DNA of 46,536 bases from contig JAHBMJ010000505.1 in NCBI GenBank assembly GCA_018398765.1, forward strand, positions 1 through 46,536, read 5' to 3'. Positions 36,651 to 46,536 of this stretch are shown here, one piece after another (position 1 is the first letter of the stretch; each line of letters opens with the position of its first letter). The notes below the pieces were generated by a model. It was not told where the DNA came from. It searched no databases and was given only the letters and a program-made list of their open reading frames with translations. A program made the translations under genes and the position numbers. The stretch comes from Chromera velia (lineage: Eukaryota).

Positions 36651-37449
36651 GAACGTTCTGGTGTTGGCGTTACGTGCAGTCACATTCTATGCATGCGTGC
36701 ATGAATGGAATTCATGGGGGGTGATTGTGAATGTGATGGTCGGGGTGGGGCTAACGTGTGCAGCCCGATCAGATACCGCAGCATGAATCCCTAGGGGGCC
36801 ATGGCATGCGCGAGCGTGCGGGGGCCACGTGCTTTGCTGAGGAGACGGAGTTGATTCAGACTGATTGATCTGATAGCTGTGTGATTGAGAGTTGTCAGTC
36901 TGTTATCGTGCGTCAGACAGTGCAGATCGTAAGATAAACGGATACCACGCGTTTTAGATACATGTTCTTATAGGTAGCTTGTGTGCGTGTCTCGTCTCCA
37001 GCCTGAATTAATTGAGGCTTCTAGATTGATCAGCAAAGGAACCTCTCAGAAAGGGAGCAATGCATACGGTGAGTTTGAACAGACCCTTATGTATCGTGTG
37101 TGTTGAACAGCGGTAGCCTTTTAGATGTCTAGAGAACATTCACACCGTCATAATTTCTGAACATGCCGTAGCCTTGAGAATGTTCATGCATCATATCGTG
37201 TATGCGTAAAGCAACAGTGCAACAATGCTGTCTCATCATATTCAATTTCCGTTCTCATTGTATGCAATACAGAATCGAATTTGTATATTCAATTGAATCG
37301 ATCGATCGACTGATAGAATTGATTTACAATTTAAGCATGTGGATCTAAATCAATTTAGCTAATTGATTTGATAGACTTGTATGACTTACAAGTGTCTGTA
37401 CGTTTGCATATATACTATCAGACCTTCTGAATATCTTACCAACAATTGT

Positions 37450-37522
37450 ATGATTGAGGTTTTTATTATGCATGCCACGTCCCCGTGTATGAGGGGTGGA
37501 TCTAGCCTAGTCTGTCAAAAGG
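37450..37522 (-). repeat. ~70-bp 3'-terminal fragment of the same LINE family
   Basis: Near-identical to 35780-35852 through GTCAAAAGG. Confidence 0.8.
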
Positions 37523-38077
37523 TGATAGTCACTGCACAACAGTTTTTAGTTAACATATCCGCGGCATCATTTAATTCGTGGCCCGAACATGACTGGCCAC
37601 GGCATGCCCCAAAATGAAAAGCGTAAATACATGCATAATTCATTTTTTTTAATAATTATTTTTCAATATATGCAGAGACTCCTACAAATTCCATGATTTC
37701 ATTTTTCTGTATTGACGTGGCCCCCGTACGTGCATGCACGTGTAATCATGCACGCGTGTACATCTCGCCAGGCTCAGAGGGCAGCTCGCCCTGCATGGGG
37801 GGGCCTGAGAATTCGCACTCGCATAAATGGGCGCGGTTGCGAGCCTGCATGTTAATTCGAACCATCCACCCGAGGCACTCACCCAACTGGTTGGGGTGTC
37901 CCGTACTGTATAGAAATCGATCGAGTTGGGCTCTCGATCCTTGATTGTCTGTCCAAAGCACTAACAAAGCTTGGCTGCAGACTCCAAGGAGCTAGATTGA
38001 ATCGCTTCATTCAGTGCCTTTCTTGCGAGTAAATCTTTCTCTTCTCTTCATCGCGGGTGCCAGCTTGAAGTTCCACC

Positions 38078-40092
38078 ATGCAGAGCGTGTTGGCCCCAGG
38101 AACAAAAGTCCTCATCTCAGGTCTGCAAAGCAACGCAGGCCTTACCTTGAATGGGAAGGTGGGCACGATTGTGAGGCAGCTCCCAGGAGGGCGCTACACA
38201 GTGCGAATGAGAAGCGACAGATCTGAGAAGTCAGTGAAGAGGATCAACCTGCTCGTCATGTCCTCACAAGGACCGGGGCTTGACGACGACGTCGCCACAG
38301 GTAGGTTTCGAGTTGCTTACATGCAAAGGCGAATGGTACCTGCGTGCAGTCCTTTCCAACGGTTCCTCTTGACTTCTTCCGGCCCTTTCTGCTCTATCCA
38401 AACCTATCCACTGGCTGCCTGTTCCCCTCTCGTCGACCCTGCATGTGCTTCCACTAGTCGTCTCCAGCACTGACATTTCTCGAAATCCCCATGCATACAT
38501 AGATTTGCGCATGCATGCCGCTTTGCTGTCTGGAAGCTTTGGGTACCCACCAAATGATGACTGCTGAGCCTCCCATTGTGTGACTGCATGTGTGCCCTCT
38601 TCATGGCATGTTTGCAGTCCTGATTGAGTACATGCGGTGCCACGGGGTCAGCGCTCTGTTCACAGAGGTAATCTCCCTCGTGAAATCCGCTCTTTGTGCC
38701 GCACGAACTGTAGCCAGGAGGTTTCCACGGAACAGGCAACAGTTGATGCTCCTCACGCAAGAAGGAAGAGAGGTGGCAGAGAGATATGGGAATTGGGCTG
38801 CTGACAAGGCGATCACTGTCGCCAAGATCGTCTCGCGGAAGTCGCCAGAATTCCTCAGACAGACAAATACAATGAAGTACATCATAGAGACCCCCACCTG
38901 TGAGATCAAGGCCTTCATCACAGCGTATGTGAAGGAAGGGGTGGTCTTCTATGTTGCCAAGATCGTGGGCCCCATGCGCACCTTCACTGTCCTGTACGTG
39001 GTACCTGTGCAAAACTTCTGCAAGCGACACGCCACCAAAGCTTACCAAGCCCTCCCCCCCAGAGTGAAGAAAACCGTCGAAGCCACCCCTGCTGCTTTCC
39101 GTCAGTCTCTCACCACTGTGCGCCAGCAGATCGGCCGCAACACGCAGCAACTGGTGCTTCGTGCCAGACAGGGGGGACAGGTTGCAGAGAAATGCGCTGA
39201 CTGGGCTGTTGATAAAGTGATCGATGCAGCCAAAATGGTCTCCAAAAAGTCCCCAAAATTTATCAAAGAGACACAAACAGCCGAGTACATTCTAGACACT
39301 CCAAAGAACGAGATCAAGGCATTCATCAAGGCCTGGGTGAAGAGACGGGTTGCCTTCTACACAGCCAAGATCAGGGACCCCATGGGAACCCTGAAGACCC
39401 TCCTGAGTACCCTCCAAACTTTCTCCCAGAAATATGCAACCAGGGCCTACTCTGCGCTCCCCTGCCGTGCAGACATATTGGCTCTCCCCTCCACTGTCAG
39501 GCAAACCGTCGCAGCCACGCCTGCCATTGTCGGTCAGAAATTCACCACCGCCTACGAGCTTGCCGTTACACAGTCAACCCGAGTCGAGGCATTCGTCAGA
39601 GCCTGCATGGTCCGTCTGCCCTTCCTTGCCGAATACTCAGACGTCGAACTCTCAGATATCAGAGAGTATCTCATCCAGCAAGCTGCTTCCGGCTTGACCG
39701 CACTCAAGCACCCCGTCGCTACCACCAAAGCCGTGGTATCCTTCGCAAAGAGAACCGGAGGACTCGCGTACGCAAAGACAACCGAAGCCGCCGCGGCTAC
39801 TGTAGGCAAAGCGGCCGCTGCCGGAAAGGCCGTCGTGAGCAAAGTGAAAGAACCCGCTCGCAAGACGGCAAAAAGAGCGATCCAGCAAGCACAGAAGGTG
39901 TCTGAGAAGGTGAAGCTGTACACCCCCCCCTACATCAAGTCTGCAGCAGAGAGCTGCGCGTCGAAGGTGAAAGGAGTTCTTCAGGCAGTCGGGGGAAGCG
40001 GCACTCCCGAAGCGGTGCTTGACTTCGCTGCGCGCGTCCTGATGGTCTCATGGATCATGGGTGCGCGGTTGGAGCGGGAAGGGAGGGAGTGA
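38078..40092 (+). CDS. Hypothetical protein: N-terminal KOW/SH3-like module plus Ala/Lys/Val-rich helical region with a ~136-aa internal duplication; exons 38078-38300, 38618-40092
   Basis: A phase-1 GT-AG intron joins GTKVLISGLQS..LNGKVGTIV..GRYTV..VKRINL to a ~490-codon open frame. Repeats start QQLMLL (38737) and QQLVLR (39145). Confidence 0.75.
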
Positions 40093-40420
40093 AGAGAGGA
40101 CCCTGGTACGAAAGATTGAAGAGCGTCTGTCATGCAGTCAACTCCTGCATAGATCATGGGTGCGCAGTTGGAGGGGGAAGGGAGGGAGTGAAGAGAGGTA
40201 CGAAAGATTCAGGAGCGTCTGTCATGCAGTCAACTCCTGCATAGATCGTGGGTGCGCAGTTGGAGGGGGAAGGGAGGGAGTGAAGAGAGGTACGAAAGAT
40301 TGAAAAGCGTCTGCCATGCAGTCAACTCCTGCATAGATCATGGGTGCGCAGTTGGAGGGGGAAGGGAGGGAGTTAAGAGAGGTACGAAAGATTCAGGAGC
40401 GTCTGTCATGCAGTCAACTC
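40050..40420. repeat. 92-bp tandem repeat, about 4 copies, first copy overlapping the stop codon of the upstream gene
   Basis: Units start at 40050, 40149, 40241 and 40333 (AT(A/G)GATCATGGGTGCGC..GCAGTCAACTCCTGC). Confidence 0.92.
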
Positions 40421-41953
40421 ATGCATGTGCCAAATGGGCGATGTGATTTTAGAATTAGAGGGCGTGCAAAAATTTTGATAGAAAGGGGACTGTCTGTTCG
40501 ACTATATGCAGGGCAATTTCGATGGTGCATGTATATTATGTACGCTTGTCATGAAGGGGGTTGCGGAGTCTGGCCGGGAGGGTCTGTTTGTTTGAAAGGG
40601 GGGTGGAGGAAAACAGCCCGGGGGGATCCAAGGTGAACCGGCAGCTAGTCCACTGCAGTGATGGGTCTGTATCTGGTCTGCCACTTTATGAGGGAGAGAA
40701 GCAGGGGCTGACAGGATGGCCGTCTTCTCTTCATGGTCAGTCTCTTAGGTAGCAAGGCAATCAAGAAGTTAGACTGAGTCAGTCAAGCAGGCAGGCAGGC
40801 AGGCAGACAGGCAGGCAGGCACTTTGTCAGTGAGCTACTTCGTCAATCAGTTGGTCAGTACGCCAATGAAGGAGTCGTCTGGACAGTGAGAACATAAGTC
40901 AGTAAGATAGGAATTTATCGGTGTTCGGATTCGAAGGTTTCTTGTTTGCATTCGGGACCCCAAATCATTTTATTCTTCTTTGAATCCTCCTTTTTTCTCC
41001 TTTTTTCTCTCTCGTCCCTGTGTGCAGACAGTGACATGTACTGTGACAGCGTCGCCCCAGATGACCTTATCTTGGGCTGGTCATTGAATTTTAGAGACAA
41101 CCAGCAAATCAGAAACCCCAGGGTTTGCGAGAGACGAGCCAGTGATTGAATTTCCACTCTAGCTTGTCTCGAGTTTTCAGCATCATGTGCTCTGGTCTGT
41201 TTGGTGTCCGCGATTCCGAAGAGTTCCTCCAATGAAGCAGATCGAGTTTTGTGACTAGATCGGGGCATTGTTGGCTGGTTGGAGGGAGTGAGGTTGGGTC
41301 AGAAGGTGGAACAGAAATTTGCAAACACAAAGGAGAGAAAGACTTTCTCACTTATTCAACAAACAACCTGCTGAGAACAACAGGCACGCCCGAACCAAGC
41401 CTCCAGGTCAGAACGGCAGACGTGTGTTTCTTTTCTTCCTTATGAAGCCATCGCCTATTCTTGCACGCCTTTGGGCATGCGCAGAATTTTCTGAATCGCT
41501 CTTGTGGCATTCTCCCGTTTTTCTCTCATTGCTTTTTCGTTCTATGTTTTTTTCTCTTCTTTTTCGTTTTTATTCTTTCGCTCTCTTTATGAGGGGATAC
41601 AGGTATGTGTGTTTGCGTGTGAAGAGACCATTGATCATGCTTCTTTCCTTGCTGGAAGCTTCCATTGAGGAGGCATCTCATTGATCGTGATTCTACACTC
41701 TGTGTCGCTTGAGTACAGAAAGAATTTGTGTTGAATTTTGTTCATGCAATGTACAACAAAACGCATACAGATGGTTTCTTTGCATGACTGCAGATATGGT
41801 GGTTTCGGGGCCAACGAAAGCGCCTGTCCGTTTCTATCCAATTCCGTCGGTCTGGTGCGGGACCTTCAGCGAAGATCCGATTAATTAGGGTTGATTTGGG
41901 CTTCCCCGTAAAGAGCGAGCAGAATTAAGACAGTGAGGCACAGAGACAAGAAC

Positions 41954-41985
<32 letters not shown>

Positions 41986-44218
41986 CTGTCAGACCAAGAG
42001 GAAGAGAGAGGAAGACCAAAAGATAGGAAGAAAAAGAAAGAACTTAAGCAGAGAGACGGGAACGGACACCTGGACGAACGAGTGCAGAGAGGGAGCGGTT
42101 TATGGCCCCACGCAGCAATGCATGGGCTCATCCCTCGCCCAACTACGATCAGGTTTGCATGCTTCCTGGACAAGCAAGGGTAAACTCGTCGGCCAGCAAG
42201 AAAGACCAGGGACGGGGTGGGTGTGGTGCCGCAGAGTGAGAAGGGGTAGCCGCCCTCTCTCCGCCCAAACGGGTTCGCATGCTGTCTGGACAAGTAAAGG
42301 CAGGCACCGTTAAAGCATCGTACTGCTGCTGTACGAAAATCAACGGAAACAAAAGAGAACGGAAGGGGGGCGGGGGGGTAGACAGGAAGAGTATCACACA
42401 GGCAGGCAGGCAGAAAGGATCACGGAAGTACGTAGACAGACAGGCAGGCAGCGACGTCTCCTCGCTCTCTCTCCCGCTGGTATACTCCGACACGATTCTC
42501 CTCGCACAGGATCAACTTGAAGCACGCGCTTTTCACCTCGCCAACTCACCCTCAGCAAGAGACCTCGTTGAGTCGCCAAACCCCATATGGAAACCCGAAC
42601 GATCGAGAAGAGCATCGATCCACCCAGTACAATGACGTTGAAGGCTGTGGCCGAAAGGCACCAAGGGGAGCTGCCCTCTCTATGGGAGGCCGTGGAGGCG
42701 GGGTCAAAATTCCCAAAACACTGCATTATCAGTGAGACTTTGAGACCAATGAACTTTATACCATCAGAAGCGGTATAGTTGTCTCATCACTTCAAAGCAC
42801 CAATTTTGAAAATGTTTCAACAGCCGGTGCCGTCCACTGTCAATTGTACAGCAACTTTAGTAAATTGATGTAAATGACCGATGTCTGGAAAATGACTAGG
42901 AAAATGACCGATATATACACTAAATTGCCTAGCTCATAAATTGTATGTAGAAAGTTATAGAAAATAAGAATTCCACTAGGAATTCTAGTTAAATTAACTT
43001 AAATTTAAAATATTGTTTCCGTGAATTAGATTTCAATTAATTTAGTCCATGCACAGTATTTTTTTTTACAGATTTACTTTTTAACAGTATTAATTCTTGC
43101 AGCAAACTTTATTAAACTTGAAGTGTATGCCTAAAAAGTTATTGCATCTCACCAGCTTTCAGCTTTCAGTTTTTTTCAAAAAAAGTTTTCATTCAAAAAG
43201 AATTCTAAATAAAAAAACAAAAATAAAAACATTTTAGACAAAGAATGCTGAGCAGACTGCTAGCATAAATATTTAATAGTTTAAGTTTAAGTGCGAATTA
43301 ACACGCTTTTATGATCTTTAGGCTAGTCTTTGGCGTAATTTAAACATGTTATTCATTGATTTTGATTCTAGTTTTAATTTGAGGTGAGAAACATTTTCTA
43401 GAACATTTTTAGGCTTGACCCCGAGCTACCGCTGGTACTTTCCCGAACCACCATTCGTGCTTCCACACTTCAAACACCTATGCCACTTACAGCATGAAAT
43501 GAGTTGCTCAAGCCTTTGATATTCCCAGGAGAGCTTTTCCTTCAAACAAACTGCAGAACGCTGCGGAGTGCTCGGATGTGCCCGTAGGAAAACAGCGGTG
43601 AGATACCTGAAAGGACCTCGGAAGCTTTCCTGCCCTCTCCAGCTCCCCGCACCTTTTCCCGAGACACAGGGCTCTGTCTGCAAGGGGGACGCCGTCAAAC
43701 CCCGAGGGGGCATTGTGGTTCGAGAGTGCGAGTCGCTGCAGAAAGCAGAATGACCGTAGTCACACACACAAAAAGCAAACAGGTGTTCACGGCTCCTTCT
43801 GAGAGAACACGCACGTCATTATAACGAAGTATATCAAACGACTCACTCTGACATCTGTCCGGAGGCTGCCGAATAAAATTTCGCGCCAGATTGCGATACA
43901 TATTTCACACCACATATCTCTTCGAACCTCCAGTTCTGTGGAAGTCTGAACTTGGACTGCTCCTTTTCATTCCAAATCAATCCCCAAACTTCCTCTTCGT
44001 ATCTCTTCTTCATTCCTGTCTGTCTCCCCTCTTCATTTCCCCCCCTCTGCCATTCCCTCCTTGCCTCCCTATTTGCTTCCTTACTTTCTGTTCGGCTAGT
44101 TGCCTTCAGTGATTCTCTGCCTTCTGAAGGAACGGTCTTCCCTTGACTCTCTCTTCTAACGGCAAAGGATCGTACGCGCTCGACTGACGATTGCGACATT
44201 TCTTCCCTCTGTCTTCAG

Positions 44219-45182
44219 CTTCTCAAGAGATGTTGCTGGGGAGACACACAGAGGCGCGCCCTCCTTGCCACTCCACAAATCCACAAACGCCGCGGGAGGC
44301 CGGTCCTCTCCCCACCCCTCTCCCTGGAAACACGTGAAATCCGACACCCCCGCCAGCGTATTCACGCACAGTTTGCCCCAACAAAAGGAACCCTGCTTCC
44401 CCGTTTCATCCAAACGAGTTGACACCAGACTCTCCACCCACATCAACCCAAAGCGTCCCACCAAGGCTCGTTCTCCAATGTCCCCAACCGGATCCCTCTC
44501 CTCCCTCTCCCCTTCTCTCTCATCGTCCTCCCCCCCCACCTCCACAGCAACCCGAGCAGGCACGTCCTCGACAACCCCGGGGCCCAGGAAGGCCTTGAGG
44601 TCGTTGCACCTCAACCCTAGGCACAGGAAGGGAAGACCGGAATGGCTGTCGAGAAAGTCCGGGGCTGCTGGCAAGTCCTGCAGACAGATAGACAGACAGA
44701 CAGAGAGACAGACAGAGAATTGAAGCAGAGAGATTGATTGAGAGCACAAGGAGACCCCCCTTAGCAAAGATACTGCATGAACGAATGAAACTGAAAGAGG
44801 GACCCGCAACTGCAAACGCCCTCCACAGAACCGACTGTCAGTTGTCAGTACTTCGAAAGTTCTGAGCACAATGGCCGCACACTTCCTTCAGACCTCCCGC
44901 CGATCCGTATACAAGAAAGAGCATACACCTCTCCACGGAGAGGGAAAAAAAAGAGGAGAAGAGAGGAAGGAAAAGGAAGAGAGCAGTCAGCGGAACGGAA
45001 ATGTCATCAACACGCCTTTCTGTTCGTGGGTTTTTGCATCTATCTTTCGATGAAGCAACGCCTGCTCTCTAGTCATTCATTCACTCATTGATTCACTTAC
45101 TCAACCAGTCAACCCCTCCTTCTGACTCAATTCACCTGCTTGAAGTCAGAGATGGACATGGATGGAGACAGAAAAGACACCC

Positions 45183-45225
<43 letters not shown>

Positions 45226-45250
45226 AACAGACAAACAGACAAACAGACAA

Positions 45251-45281
<31 letters not shown>

Positions 45282-46536
45282 CTTTCTTTTATGATCCTTT
45301 CTTTTTTTGTTCTCCTTCTGCCCTTGAGACGCTCTCAATGGAAAGGTACAAGGCGTACTCTTGACGGCAATTCTTGAGCGACTGATTGACTATCTGACTG
45401 ACTGACTGACTGACTGACTGACTGACTGACTGACTGACCGACCGACCGACCGACCGACCGACCGACCGACCGACCGACTGACTGACTGACTGACTGACTG
45501 GCTGGCTGGCTGGCTGACTGACTGACTGACTGGCTGACTGATTGAAAGACAGTCACACAGACAGACAGACGGACGTAAAGACAAACAAACAGACAGACAG
45601 ACAGACAGATAGACAGGTAGACTGACAGACAGATAGACAGACTATATCGTCTTTTCTTCACTTCACTTTTTCCGAATCGCTTCCTTTCTTTCGGACAGAC
45701 AGGCAGGCAGACTGACAGACAGATAGACAGAGAGACAGACAGACAAACAAACAGAGTGGCATGCCTGCAGACTCACCACAGACAGCAGTACATCCAACTG
45801 CACATGCGGTGTCACCCCTTCTCCCCACACGCAGTATTCCATGGGCACTCTCACCGCCTCCCCTGCTTTGTCTGCAAAGGCCAGCGTGCAGCTTCGAGAG
45901 TCACGGCTCCAGTTCCTCATTGGACGTGAGCACCAAAACTCAGCAGAAGGAGACGATGAAGAGGACGAGGAGCTCTCGAAGGATTCCAAAAGAAGTTTAC
46001 ATGCACGACCAAAACAGTAGGCAAAGCCCTCTGAGGAAGTAGACCGAAAGCGGAGAGATGCGACTGAAGGGTTCACCGCTCCCCGGCACAAGGGAAGGAA
46101 AAGACAGCCGACAACGAAGCTTCGGGCCCTCATCAAGTCGGTTCCAGTCCTGATGGTCGACAACAATGCATTGCATGTGCATGTACAGTCACCTCAAGGC
46201 TTCGAGTGCAGCGGTCTATGCATCGATCATTGGTCGTAGCTGGAAGGGGTGCTTGCAGCAACGCCTCACACACTGTCCACCATCAAGTTTGAAACGGTAG
46301 CGATTCTGTTCTGCACGGTGGTGGATACCTTCAACTGCTTCAACTAATGCATGTTCTTGAAGAGCCATGCACAGATCGAAGGTAACATGCAGAAAGGAAT
46401 TAATGCAAAAAACTTGTGAAGGTGTTGTATCGGTAGGCATGTTATATATATGCCCTGGCCCTTGAATTGTGACCAAATAGGCGTATACCACCCTGACGTA
46501 CCTATAGACAAACACCTGCCAACATCCACTGACTTG
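44219..46536 (+). pseudogene. Possible decayed multi-exon gene of unknown function
   Basis: Ser/Pro-rich block at ~44219-44670, and a ~250-codon frame after the CTGCAG acceptor at 45770 with only four isolated stops. The blocks are separated by microsatellite-rich intron-like DNA. Confidence 0.3.
45184..45625. repeat. (CAGA)n, (GACT)n, (GACC)n microsatellite cluster
   Basis: Directly visible. Confidence 0.95.

Larger units (their letters stand above)
30220..37152 (+). mobile_element. Ty1/Copia LTR retrotransposon B, full-length and decayed, inserted in the 3' LTR of A
   Basis: 427-bp LTRs 30220-30646 and 36726-37152. TSD ATTTC at 30215-30219 and 37153-37157. PBS TGGTGTTCTCCACGCGGG at 30650-30667. 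PPT at ~36716-36725. Confidence 0.95.
26445..37444 (+). mobile_element. Ty1/Copia LTR retrotransposon A, internally deleted; 3' LTR split by element B
   Basis: Truncated 5' LTR 26445-~26742 matches 30074-30219 plus 37158-~37310. The 3' LTR starts TGTTG and plausibly ends CAACA at 37444. PPT AGGGGGCG at 30063-30070. Domain order IN-RT-RH. No TSD found. Confidence 0.88.

Overview
Eukaryotic, intron-rich genomic DNA with microsatellite-filled GT-AG introns and assembly gaps. The style resembles a chromerid alveolate such as Chromera, which is inference only. Host genes I could reconstruct: a six-exon SET-domain methyltransferase with an N-terminal membrane anchor (507-3790), a dual-specificity phosphatase (19037-22495) and a protein with a KOW/SH3-like N-terminus and an internal repeat (38078-40092). 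Mobile DNA: (i) a ~6.2 kb TIR-bounded transposon (5272-11510) with a RAG1/Transib/Chapaev-like DDE transposase and a convergent, tail-to-tail partner gene of unknown family; (ii) a 3 kb non-autonomous LTR element with a tRNA-iMet-type PBS and apparently non-TG..CA ends; (iii) a three-level nest, in which Copia A carries Copia B in its 3' LTR and Copia B carries a 5'-truncated RLE (CRE-like) LINE in its RNase H. Two window-wide signals stand out. At least nine exact '8-9 bp repeat - CTAG - same repeat' scars look like footprints of an unidentified transposon. Repeated DNA shows near-pure C>T/G>A mutation at CpG and CpA, resembling RIP. All counts are by eye.
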